Source: the human T2T-CHM13v2.0 reference genome, Homo sapiens. From it: DNA of 64,000 bases. The notes beneath the pieces are model-generated. The model did no database searches. It saw only the letters and a program-made list of their open reading frames with translations, and was not told the origin of the DNA. A program made the position numbers and the translations under genes. The stretch's first letter is position 1, and each line of letters opens with the position of its first letter. The DNA is taken from the NCBI RefSeq assembly GCF_009914755.1, contig NC_060927.1, one strand, 5' to 3'. Shown piece after piece: positions 32,728 through 55,284 of this stretch.

Positions 32728-33566
32728 TTATTTAACTGGCATTATATTCTAAATAGGACTAAGCTTAAACAACTGTAAGTAAATAGTCTATAATTTTCTT
32801 TTCTAATATTGTCCTTGTCAAGTTAATGTTCAAACTATACATACTTAACAAAATGTTTAATAACATTCTATTCTTTTTGATAATATGGAAAGGCATGCAG
32901 TAAAAGACTTATTCTTTGAAAAGCTGAGAAATCATTAAAGAAATCCTCTGGTGGCTGCACTGAACCACTATAAAATTTTCTAAGGAGCAATTGGTTTAAT
33001 TTTAGATTTACTTTTCCAAAGAGGAAATACTAAAAATAAGTTAATACTTTAATTTCCACTACTATTACTAACAATCTGAAGATATTTTTGTATACTATAC
33101 CTTACATTATATAGTGCCTTACCTTTTTATTTCCATCTTATTTATTTTCGTATTTGTTTTTGGCCATGAAATAAAAACAGTGACAACCCATCAAGTGTGG
33201 ATTAACTACTGTCATAAAGAACTTATTACAGGATATACTAGTATCACTGTTTTGTTTATAAATATGGTATGCTATTAACAATTTTAAAAAATGAGAACTA
33301 TAAAGACACCAAGTGAAAATAAAGTCTGACTCATCTCGTTTGGTCAAAAAAGTCCTTATTTCTTGCCATTAGAGCTAATATGCCCTGAAGGGATCTTAAA
33401 ATATTGAAATATTTGTTTTCAAAGCAGGTGACATTACTGTCATACATCTATTTTAATTCCATTCCAAACAAATACACATGTATGTCCCCCAGCTTACTAT
33501 ATATATTACTTTATCCAGATCTATGTTTATATATAAAATTAAGAAAACTACAAAATTATTAAATAC

Positions 33567-33661
33567 ATCATCTGAAGAGAAGAACTGATCAATGATCTCA
33601 TAGGCCAATTTGTAGATGTCTTCATTTTCATGATTTTGAAGTTGTTCAATTTTCTCCAGCC
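33567..33661 (-). CDS. KPNA4: Importin alpha-3, coding exon 16 (95 nt)
   Basis: cag|GG CTG...GAT GAT|gtattt; [31 protein letters not shown]. Confidence 0.94.
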
Positions 33662-34773
33662 CTGCAAGAAATTTTGCAATGTGAAACAATAGTAATATTT
33701 AAAGAGCAGTGACAAGTTAGAATAATCTTTGGAACACATAATCCAATTTCTGAATCGCAAATTTTTTGAATTATAATTTTTGGGAATTTAAAGGTGAATC
33801 TTAAATATAAAAAAATTTTATGCACAAAGATACAGCATATTTATCTTAAAATCAACAACCTGAGTGTCTAACTGCTTGTAAATGTACAAATAAGTGTATA
33901 AATAAGTAATGAGACATCTGCCTATTCATCAGAATACATAACCAATGTTTATAACCAGCAATAACATGTAAAATTCCATTTAAGTAAAAAGCGGAATCTT
34001 CCTACTTTCCAGCACCTGCCAAGTTTTTCTAGTGAGCACGTATGAAAATAAATTTAAAATACTGGTGATTAATAAATATGATGCTTAAGATACCTGTTAA
34101 GTTTACTGGAAAATGATGAAGATCTAACACAGTATTTCAGGGGAAAAGAGAATTTTCCCTGTAAACATTAATGAGTTTAAATTATAGGCAGAAACATTAA
34201 AAAGTATATACTTAACTTGTTGATACACAAATTGGATCCTGTTTTACTTTAGAGGAAAAATAATTTTAAAGTCTTTGAAAAAAGTGAAATTGCCCCTTCA
34301 TGAGTGTACTTCCTCTATCCATTTCTTAAATGGAGAAAGTTATCTTAGGCTCACTTCTCACCTACACACTCATTCTGGTGATCTTCCCATTAAAAAATCT
34401 GGCTACTACACATAGGCTGAGGACTTGCAAATCTATAGCTTCATTTCTTTTCTGAGCTTCACATGCATAAAACTAAAATGCTTGTGTAATTCTACCAGGA
34501 AATTTCATAGCTACCTAAAACTCAAACTGTCCAAAACACAATTTGTTATTTGCCTTCCTCATTTAAACGGTTCATCCTACAGTTGTATTCTTATTTGGTG
34601 ATAATCAACAATAGCTTGAAATTTAAGAGAAAGCCCAAGTTCCCCTTTCCCTCAATATCCCACAATCAAACCTCAAAAACTTGAAAGTCCATCCACTGGA
34701 CTTTAAATCTCCTCATCTCCCCTTTGTCTCTATTATTACTGCCTTCATTTATTGTGGCTTGGCCACTATATAC

Positions 34774-35078
34774 TTTATTTTATTTTATTTTTTTTGAGAC
34801 AGAGTCTCACTCTGTTGCCCAGGCTGGAGTGCAGTGGCGTGATCTTGGCTCACTGCAGCCTCTGCCTCCTGGGTTCAAATGATTCTCGTGCCTCAGCCTC
34901 CCAAGCAGCTAGGATTACAGGTGTGCGCTACCACACCCAGCTAATGTTTCATATTTTTAGTAGAGACGGGGTTTCATCATGCTGACCAGGCTGGTCTTGA
35001 ACTTCTGGCCTCAGGTGATCTGCCCGCCTCGGGCCTCCCAAAGTGCTGGGATTACAGGTGTGAGCCACTGTGCCCGGC
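34774..35078 (-). mobile_element. AluS
   Basis: Reverse dimer. Confidence 0.92.
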
Positions 35079-35825
35079 CATAAATACTTTCTTAACTGGT
35101 CTCTTCCTGCCTCCTTTCTCCAAAGGCTTCATTCCCCAGATATCCATGTTCCACCTGAATGCACCCCATCCCCTAGATGAATCACCAATGGCCTGCCACT
35201 CCTATGGCACAATCCACTGGGGATTCCTGGGTCTTACCTCCAGTGAGGTAGGCAATGTTCAAGAACTTACATTTTTACTTGAATGTATAAAGATATTTTA
35301 GTAATTAAAATGTTTACAAGTTAAAAAAATCAAGTAGTAAAAATAATTAAGTATGCCTATTGTTATTTTTTGTTACTTAATCCCTAATTAGTTCTGTAAC
35401 ACTATTCCCCATCTCTTGTTCCTAACTCGACAGTTATAGATTTTTTTATTGTTGTTGCTCTATGAGTCACTTTAGTAACTTTAAATATATCTATTTCTTA
35501 CTACATTAATTTTGAAGCCGCTCACCATTCCCATTTAGTTGAAGTTATGGGTTCTCCTACTTTTGCAGTTACCTCTCTTTTCATTCACTTTTCAACTTCT
35601 GTCAGAAATACCTTTATATTTATGCTTATCCAGATTGATAACACACTGTGTTACACAGCCACATTTGAAATTTTCATGTTCTGTCTATATATTAACTCTA
35701 AGACTTGAAAGCTAATATGTATTGTTTACATTCCAGGAGGCTCTGGTACATGGCCATGTTTCGAAACTATTGCCCTAAAGAATAAAACATCTACTGTGCC
35801 ATAAAGCTTGTTAAGATTCACAGGA

Positions 35826-36149
<324 letters not shown>

Positions 36150-36715
36150 TTACTTCTCCAGCTTTGTCTCTTCATAGTTTCTACCCCATACTGTGTGATT
36201 CAGCAACACTGAACTACTTATAATTTGCTGAATGCTATTTCTGACCTCAGACTTTGCTCATGGTGTTATCTCTGCCTGGAACACCTTTCATCCCTTTTTA
36301 CCTTATTAATCCTTATTCATCTCTCAAAATCCAGCTCAGGTGCACTTCCTGCTTCTTCCAGAATGGATTAGGCATCCCATTTTGTTGTACATTTCTATTA
36401 GGGTAATTAGCACATTAAATCAGTTCATATTTATCAAGACTAGACTACATGCCTTGAGGGCAAGGACTGTGTCTTGTTTACCACTGTCTTCCCAGTAACT
36501 TATCACAGTGCCTGTTCAATATATGGCAGCAATTCAGTTACCTAAGCATATGCAAGAGGCTGAGCAGGACTGCACATATAGAATACAATATTTACTTTAT
36601 TCTGTTACTTGAATATCTAAGACAGAAAAATATAGATGTGCTATATTAGTCGGCAAATAAAGGTAGTTACAAAGAGAACATTAAGATGTGGAATAAGAGC
36701 TTATAATAAACTTAC

Positions 36716-36878
36716 CTCCACATTCTTCTATAAGATTGCCTATGGTTTCTGCCTCATCTTCAGCCATTTTTAATATATTACTTAGTCCATCGAGTACTAC
36801 TTGCACAACTTGTGCATCTTTTACAGTCAGCAAGTTGCAAAAAGGTGGGATAACATTTTGTTGGATAAGGTAAGCCAC
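36716..36878 (-). CDS. KPNA4: Importin alpha-3, coding exon 15 (163 nt)
   Basis: cag|GTG GCT...GGA G|gtaagt; [54 protein letters not shown](G). Confidence 0.96.
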
Positions 36879-37224
36879 CTGAAGAATAAAAACAACATAA
36901 AATAATGCAATATAGGTAAACTTTGTGTGCCATGTTATCTCACTGGAATAATTCTGATTTTGAAATTTCGAGTATAGAAATATGACCTCATCTCTCTCAT
37001 GTTAAGTGTGCCCACATTATTAATCTAACCTCCTTTTCTTTTAAATTTAGTTTCCTTTTTCCCGAACTTAGAAAAAAACAACGTAAAGTTAAAATAAAGG
37101 AATCACTCAACTTCATATTAAACATTTCTTTGCCATAAGAAATACTTCCTTCAAAGATTTTTCCCTTTAAGAGTAAGAAATTATGAAATCAGTTAAGGAG
37201 GCTGTTAATGGAGGCTGTATGCTA

Positions 37225-37435
<211 letters not shown>

Positions 37436-38402
37436 TAGTTTCAAAAAACTACAATGGCTCAATGTGACAGCATCCAGTGGCTCACATGTGCCTGGCTACC
37501 TCTCAATTCACTATTCTATTGATTTCACAATATTTTCCAATGATTTCAGTATTTCATTAGTTATAATTTCCATGCATTATATTAATATTCCTGTTCTGCT
37601 CTGTATTTATGTGAATTCACTGAAAACCACCAGTCTGCAGCCTTTTTGTTACAGTTATCAATTTATTGCTATTCAGCTCTAAATTTGTTCTTTTTACCTA
37701 CTCTGTGAAACAGATCTAACCTCTTTAAAACTGTTTTTCCTTTGCCAGTTGGCACAATGTTAAGCTTTGTCACCCGCACGACCTGAGAGTGGGTGCCTCT
37801 TTCCTAGGCATCTTACATTCCTCACCCTAGTTCCTAAGTCCTAGCCATCTGGTTGAGCTTTTAATTCCTTGTTTGGTTTGCTGCTGATGAATTTGTTATT
37901 GTTGCTGTCTTTTTACTTTTTGTTGTTGTTGTTCATTTGTTAGGAGAATGTGTGATGCAGTTTCTTCCATATTAACTTAAGAAGTCTGTTCATTCCTAAT
38001 ACTGTTAAAAAAACAAAACAAAACAAAAAACTCCTGACTATAGGGGCCTCAATTTTACCATGGATTAAAAAATTCTTGTAGGCCAATAAATTGGGAAAAA
38101 GAACACTTCTATGAAGTATGACGAAAGGAAGTCAAGGTGATACTTCTATGTGACAAAGAAAGTTATATACCTGTTATATAAAAGTTAGTACCTGTTATCT
38201 TGCTCTTATTTTATTTTTTTAATAGAGATGTGGTCTCACTGTGTTGCCCAGGCCAGTCACAAAACCCTGGCCTCGGGTGATCCTCCAGCCTTGGCCTCCC
38301 AGGGTGTTGCTATTATTTTAAATTATAACTTACTCAAATCTAAATCAATATTACCTGTACTTTTATTTTACCAGTTTTGAGAAATAAATTTTAAAAAGCT
38401 CA

Positions 38403-38585
<183 letters not shown>

Positions 38586-39370
38586 TTAGTCTTTCTGTAT
38601 ATATCATTTTTTCTTATTAAGACAGGTCTTTGAACTATTCCCAATCTACCCTAAATACATGGAGACACCTTTCTGTGAAATCTCCTGGAAACAAACTGAG
38701 TTGATATTATTATCTAATATTATCAGATTAAATGAAGTTGATGATAAAATGAAATAAAAATAGTAAAGAAAAAATTTAAAAATCTACAATTTCACTACAA
38801 AGTCACGTAAACGAACATATTCTTTTACACACAAAGCTTTTACACACAAAAATGATACCCACCATTAATGAAACTATGATAAAGATGTTATACATTGCCT
38901 TTTCAAATATGAAGCGAAGAAATATTTAAAAGTCATTAAAAAATTCATATACATAAACTTCATAATCTCATTTTTGAGAATTTACCAAGAAAATAACATA
39001 AAGCAGAGTAATAATATCTTTCTATATATGGTTATCACAGCACCATAATAGCCAAAAAGTAAAAACAACTAAAATTCTCAATAAGCATAATTGTCTAATT
39101 ATGGTAAATCTACTGAATAAGCAACTATTAAATATTAAGACAAGTGGCAACCTGAAAAAATGCTTATGATGTATTAAAAAACCACATAAATAAAAGAAAT
39201 GCAAATTAAAATATCCATATCTCCTTTCATATTTATCAGAATAAGAAAATCTAAATATTTGTGTGTGAGGCTGGTAGTATAAAATGGCATAATTCTTATA
39301 GGGGAATTAGCCCTATAATAGCAAAATTTACATATATGTTTATCTGTAGATCTAGTAATCCCAAATATAA

Positions 39371-40013
<643 letters not shown>

Positions 40014-41191
40014 ACTATTCTTTAAAGTACTATTTAACAACAAACACTGGAGACATCTCAAATATCATCATTAATAGATTGACTTCATACATTATAGTGC
40101 ATCCGTACAATGCAGTACTATGTAGCTATGAAAGGAATAAGAAAAACAAGGAATAAGAAAAAAAAACAAGGAATAAAGAAGCTCTCTATATAGTGCTATG
40201 GGACTGACATTTTTTTAAGTACATTACTGATGAAATATATTCTAAGGGCAAACAAATGTCAAAGAAATCTTAAAAGTACATTCAGTAGTCATGTTGTCAG
40301 GGGCAATACGGCTTTGTTATTTTTATATATATATATATAAATATATTTGCATCTCTTTTGTCTCATGCTGAAAATTAGGAGTTTTTTATGGTCTTTAGGA
40401 TATATATCATCAATGATGTACTTAAAAATAATGTATATTGACATGTATCCACAGATCTATACATACCAAAATGTAAGAAAAATAAGTAATTATGCTAATG
40501 TTTTTAGGAAGATTTTCAGCATAAAAGAGATGTAAATATAAAATCATAGGAATAAAAATTAAAAACCCTGTTATCTTAAATATCCAATAATATTTAATAG
40601 CTCCCTTTCATTCATGATTCATTTTTTATGAACTCTCATGTTCCTGAACTCATCATCTTTCACTTTCTACAATGCCTATCATTTATTTTGTTGATTCAGG
40701 CCTAGAAAAAATGACAACATTATAACAATGATCACCTTTATAGCTGAAATATGATCCTTAAACACCATTCTCTACAAAACAAAATCAAGATACCATAGAA
40801 AAATAGTTAATTCCAGTTCTAGATCAGAAAACATGTAAGATAGGCCTGGGAATCATGTCATATCCAAAAGGTGTAGCTCTCAAAAACTAGTGATAACATA
40901 AAAGATACAGGTCACCAATTCTAAGAGGTTCCTGTTGGTCAGGAACAAACAGAGTATCAAAAAGAGTAACAACTAAAAGGTATTAAAACTTGCAAAATAT
41001 ATTTTAAAAATTCATAATTTCCAAATGACACTAAAAAAAAATCTACTCTGGTCTGCTTTCAAGGTTATTAGGGAACGAGTCATTCTAAAAAATGACTGAT
41101 AAGGACAAAGAATCAAACATTTATCTTGCCTATCCTAAATGAACTGTATTTCAAAGTATTAATAAACAATAGCTGATAAAGAAATGCTCTT

Positions 41192-41460
<269 letters not shown>

Positions 41461-41804
41461 AAGACAAGTTCTTTACTAAAGAATCATGGCCAATACACAA
41501 AGAATGACGGAATTAGAAAGTCACCATTTTGCAACTCCTAGTAAAACAAGGGATCCTAACAAGGATCATCAATGGCTACCTAAAAACCATAGGTGAAAGA
41601 TTAATGGATAACTTTATAACCATCAGCTGGAATAGGCTGTAACACCTCAGATCACTCAACAATCTTAATATCACTACATGTAAGACAGACTGTGTCTCCT
41701 CATGTGAATCATTAGGAAATAGAGTTGTGCATGACATATTCTTGCCTAAAAAACTGAACTCGATTTACAGGAAACACAGAGAAACAGATTTATCTTCTCT
41801 TTAA

Positions 41805-42216
<412 letters not shown>

Positions 42217-42685
42217 TGAGCATGAGAGATGATATGGCATACAATAGCATACTTATTTGCTATTTGATTTTGGACAATTTATTTGTCTATACCAGGGTTT
42301 CTTCATCTATCAAGTGGGAATAATCCCTAATCTTATAGGCTTAATGTCATTCAATGAGGTAATGTATGTAAAGTGCTTAGAATACTATGTAAGCATTTAT
42401 TATCAACAGTAACGATATGAAAGTTTAGTATGGCCTAGGATAATGGCAATTTTGGTAAAAGAATGATACACAGAAAGGGCTAGGATTTGCCCCCCACCCC
42501 CCAAAAAGTTTCTTGTATATAAAAATGGCTAGGTTCAAAAGTCGTAATGTTAATATTACTTTACTATATTTATGCCACTGTATGGCTTCTAATTAAGCAG
42601 AAAGTATAAATTCACATAATGTCTCAGATTTAAATCCCCTTCCCCTTACATCAGATAAATGATACATATAACATGATTTTCTTAC

Positions 42686-42790
42686 CTTATCCAAAAGGTG
42701 TATTATCATTGGTACAAGATTGGCATCAATTACTGCCTGTACCTGCTGCTGATTTCCTGCAGTGATGTTGGAGAGGAACCACACTGCTTC
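42686..42790 (-). CDS. KPNA4: Importin alpha-3, coding exon 13 (105 nt)
   Basis: cag|GAA GCA...GAT AAG|gtaaga; [35 protein letters not shown]. Confidence 0.96.
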
Positions 42791-43515
42791 CTGTAGAACA
42801 AGAGCATTTGAATATTTCTCATTAAAAAATAAAATCTGCATCTGAACTAAGTAAAAAAGCATTCACTACACTGTCCCAATGATTTTACTACGAAATGAGC
42901 TCCATAATAAAAATCTCAGGAATCTCAATTCCTTTACACCCCTTTCCATATTTTCTTTGGACAAACAGCTAATGGACCTAATTCAAATCACAATGAACTA
43001 ACCCTTCGGAAGAATTATTGAAAACAATGCTCCCAAACAGTGTGGCTCAAAAGAAGCTTGGCTGAACAAATTTGAATGAGCAAATATGAAATAATGAATG
43101 AGCAAATATGAATAATGAGTATAATACAAATACAAATCCTAAAACAGCTGTAAATAAGATTCAGTGCCCTTCCCTCACATAATGTGCTTTATTCTCTATT
43201 CTATTCTGATGAAGAATCTTAGCCAAAGTAGATAAATATCAATTATCCACAACAATGGAGACATAAAAAACAAAGTGCATTGTTTTAGTATACTTATTTG
43301 TAATAGTCATTCACTGCATAATTTCTCTCAAGGAAAAGTGGAACCAGATATTTGATTGTTTTATTGGCCTATCTTAATCTTTTTATGTTACCCTTTACAT
43401 CACAGTTGGTGCTACTTTTGACAAAATAATGGTGGCCTTACGCGTTATAATCATAGATAACTAATAAGTTTTACTCTAAAAAATATTAGTATTAGCTAAT
43501 GTATACTAGGCTCTT

Positions 43516-43845
43516 TTGGATCAGATCACAGGACCATTTTAATGAACCTGTTAGAGATTTTAGGGTGCCAGGCTAGTTAGGTGAGCTGTTCTTGGGTTAT
43601 AATCATTGGCAATGTTGTAATCAACAACCCATGTTATTTCTACAACAGCCTCAGATGCACTCCAATATCAGCATCACCAGTCAGTGCCCCCTTTCCATAG
43701 CCACCACAAGCACACACACATGCATACACACTCTCTATTAAGTACCTATAAAACACTAAACTTATAAGAATTACATAATATACATATTAAAAATTTCCAG
43801 TCATACAACATTCAACACCCAATTATCTCTATTTCATCATTTCCA
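43516..43845 (-). ncRNA. SCARNA7: Small Cajal body RNA 7 (U90), box C/D guide for 2'-O-methylation of U1 snRNA A70; in intron 12
   Basis: C box ATGATGA (43840-43834); D' CTGA (43654-43651) preceded by TTGGAGTGCAT; C' ATGATTA (43606-43600); D CTGA (43524-43521). Terminal stem GGCTCTCTTGGA/TCCAAAAGAGCC. The guide pairs with U1 UGCACUCCGG and the D+5 rule gives A70. Internal GU repeat present. Confidence 0.93.
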
Positions 43846-44024
43846 AGAGAGCCAAAATTGCACTTTTCATAACTGGTTTTATGTATGAAAAAATTATTAA
43901 TGCTTGTTATGGAGAGTAAAATTTTTATTTTCTCTTGATGTCTAAATGACAGTTTGTATTAAGAATCAATATTACAGACATTTCTAAGACTCTAATTTTA
44001 CAAATAGAAACTGTTAACATTTTA

Positions 44025-45473
<1,449 letters not shown>

Positions 45474-45574
45474 TTATTTTTCTGTGGTTGCATGAGGTCA
45501 TTTCCTGTTAAGTAAAGCTTTTTACTCCTCTAATTTTCCTTTCTACATGACAAATGATCCAAATTTTTTAAAAA

Positions 45575-47880
<2,306 letters not shown>

Positions 47881-48121
47881 TTCTTTAACAAATAAATTGA
47901 AAAGAGGAAAGATAAAAGAAAGGAGAAGAAAGTTGCACAGTAAGAGGCTTAAAATATATAGCAAGCAGATGCAATGTGTGGTCTTTATCTGGATACTGAT
48001 TTGGTAAAATTGTGAAAAAATAATGAAGCAGTAAATAAAATCCAGATACTGACTGAATATTTAACATTAAGGTTTTAAAAAGTCTACTAGTGGTATTGTG
48101 GTTATGTTAAAAAAAATAGGC

Positions 48122-48435
<314 letters not shown>

Positions 48436-48834
48436 TAGGCTTAAATTTTAGAGCTGCAAGCTGTGTAAAATGATATCTGGAATTTGTATCAAAATAAATT
48501 TGGAGGAGTAGAGGTACAGAGAAAAAAGCTACATGGGGTTCCATTACACTATTTTATTTTATGAAATTATGGCATGAAAGTTGAAAAGTATAAGAAAATC
48601 TCTATAAGGTGTCAGGTAGAGTAGAGAATTTCAACTTTCTTTGAGCACTGGCTAAAGGTAAATTCCAAGCCCTACAGATCCTTAATGAAGTCCATTATGA
48701 AAACTGAAGATTATTTCTGGAAAAACAAAAAACAAAATACAAACCAAAATTCTGTACCAAGACATAAGTACCACACAAAATAAATACAAACTTAAGGATA
48801 AACATATGGCAAGAATATTTAAGATAAGTCATAA

Positions 48835-50220
<1,386 letters not shown>

Positions 50221-50363
50221 TTAGTAATCTACAATGGCATCTTATTATTTATTTTCCCCTTTCCATCACAGATTTGTTGTTATGCTAAGAATATACTTTA
50301 AACTACTGAAATTGTCCATCTTTGAATGCCATGCTTAAAGCAATTAGTGGTAAGAAATACTTA

Positions 50364-50519
<156 letters not shown>

Positions 50520-50991
50520 CTAATGAATAAAATAAAAATTCAAACAACTTTTAAATATTTTCTCATTTTAGTAATTCTTGACCAAACAACCATTCTAAAA
50601 TTGTTCAACTACCTTCTTCCTTCTTTTCTTCTCTCAGTTTAATTCATTGGAATCTGATCGCTACGGTATTAAACATCATCATCTATAAATGTCTGTACTA
50701 AGACGTACATCTTTTAGCCATATTCAGGATTCTGATCCCAGATTAGTATCCAATCTTAGTTCACTAAGATACACACGCACACTACACAGCTCATAAAACA
50801 GGAGAAAAAGACATTCTCTTTCCCAAAGGCTGAGGGATAACAGGTCCAAAAACATTGTGGCTCATGTATAAAGCTGGAAAGACTACATGTATCCAACATG
50901 CACAGTTGTTCAAAACATCTGGGCTAGATGAATATATTCAAGGAGTTCTCTAGTATTGTAAGTACCATGTAGATATGCCTAAAGCCAATAA

Positions 50992-53252
<2,261 letters not shown>

Positions 53253-54408
53253 TCTTGTAAATCTTTCAAAGCAAAATATTGAAATTCACAATTTAATCAA
53301 AGAACTTGGCTATTAAGGAGCCAAAACCAAAAATTACTTACACATTTTTTAAGATCCTAAACTATCTGGGGCTAAAAACAAACAAAAACTCTACCACAGA
53401 GATCATGTTCATCTAATGAATTTTATATATTATGTCACTGTTTGATACAGTAAAATTCTAATTTTAATTTGTTCCATACAAATTAAATTCTGGCCAAAAG
53501 GCATAGGCCTTTAAATTGTAAAGAAATGAAGCAGCTTGTCCAACACTGGTCACCATGCCAAACTGTTTTTAAAGAACCACATGAGTTCCTGATTGTTGCT
53601 AAACATTTCATTCATGTGTTTTCCCTTACCCATTATATTCCTGGTTTCTCTAACACACCAAAGGCTGGTCTGGCTTTTACAAGCACTCAGGGCAGTTTTC
53701 CACCTCATTCATACTCCCTGAGTTGCTTTTTCCTCTGCCATCTGTGTTAGTAAAAATAAGCAAAATATATTTGCTATGTTTAAAATCTTGCCTGCACTGA
53801 TTTTTTTTTCCTGTTGTTTGGATAATCAAGTTATCTTGATAAATGAAGCCACTGCCAGTCACTGTAACTGAGAAATAGAATAAAAATGGAATTAAAGGGC
53901 AATTGATGTCCATGGTTTGGTATGTGTATATGAATACAAATCCATGCACAAACATTTTCCTTTTTCATCTTTCAAAAAACAAAAATAGCACTATTTGTGT
54001 GTGCTTTCATTGGCCAAACTGTCAAAATGACCTTCTGTAAAAAGCACAAGAACAATTAAAGACATGATCTTAGTAAGAGAAATCACCACTATCTGGCAAC
54101 TTTAAAAACTTTTAATGTCAGTTTTTATAACACTAATATATACACATACATACAATATTGTCCACACCAAAATAACAGTTATGCTTGATTTCTTAACTGG
54201 TATTATATTTTGTGATATAGATAAACATAGAGTAAATATTAAAATATTATAAAATAACTAATCTAATATAAAATAACTCTTGAAATGGGAAAATCTGATA
54301 GTATGCTGACACAATGTGTTAGTATAATATTTCTCCCCTATGTCACAGGGGAAGCCCTAGAAATACATACATACATACATAAATATATAATAGGACACAT
54401 TTACTCAC

Positions 54409-54453
54409 ATTTACATCTGTGTGATGAATTAAAACACAAAGGGCTGGAAGAAT
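54409..54453 (-). CDS. KPNA4: Importin alpha-3, coding exon 10 (45 nt)
   Basis: cag|ATT CTT...GTA AAT|gtgagt; [15 protein letters not shown]. Confidence 0.95.
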
Positions 54454-54546
54454 CTGAGGAGAGAAATATGTAGATTTAAAAACATACACAAATAAAAAAT
54501 ATATATATAATGGTATCTCTTTTAATTTTTTTTTAAAAGTGTTTAC

Positions 54547-54716
54547 CTCCTGAATGGTTTCCATTGGTGGTGGTGGGTCTTTGTGGCGACATAAGTTGAC
54601 CATAACCCAAGTAACATTTCTTAAGAATGTTATAGGAATAGATGGACTTATGAAGGAAAGTAAAGGTTTCACAACTCCAAGACTTATGACATAATCTCTA
54701 CACTGGGGCCCATCAC
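54547..54716 (-). CDS. KPNA4: Importin alpha-3, coding exon 9 (170 nt)
   Basis: cag|GT GAT...CAG GAG|gtaaac; [56 protein letters not shown]. Confidence 0.96.
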
Positions 54717-55151
54717 CTGTAGAAAAAAAGGATTAATTTACTCAATAAAACATACTGACAGTAAGCATTTTCAGAAAACACAAAGCACTGGGAATATGCT
54801 GCTTCATGTATTTTATCCAGATACACTGTTCAGTTTTAGACAATAACAAGCAGGCTCACATTCAAGGTCTCTGAGCCAAGAGAGGCAACATAAGGTGATA
54901 AGGTATTCTTTTGCACATTATTCCCATCTTCAGCATTTTGCTGCTCACTTAATTAAACTGCTGCTTTTAACTTCTCTCTCAACAATACTCTTGGTTTAAC
55001 AAACTTTCATGTGATAAAAAAGATGTATCAAGAAAATATTTGTTGAATTTGTACTTATGATCCCGTATCAGAGCATCAAGGTTATGAACTATAAATTACT
55101 CTATACACTTAGAAAACTATGTCAGAAGAAAAGGGTGAACCAGTGCTAGAA

Positions 55152-55284
55152 TAGTGGTTCTCAATGTGATTATTGGGCTCTAGCTCAGGCCTCCTGAAGC
55201 AGAAACTCTATGGGTTTGGAATTCTGTGTTTTAACAAGCACCCCATGTAGTCCTGATTGCATGCTAAGGTTTGAGAACCACTGC
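55152..55284. mobile_element. MER5A-like fragment
   Basis: AGTGGTTCTCAA...TTTGAGAACCACTG terminal inverted repeats. Confidence 0.7.

Noticed and set aside
33555-33566. Exon 16 donor GTATTT as a possible U12-type intron
   Set aside because: It lacks GTATCCTT and I saw no TCCTTAAC branch site near the acceptor; best read as a weak U2 donor.
43075-43120. Short tandem duplications (also ~1453-1533, 16525-16556, 38823-38850, 40134-40178) as array- or CRISPR-like repeats
   Set aside because: Only 2-3 copies with no unique spacers; ordinary slippage in a human genome.
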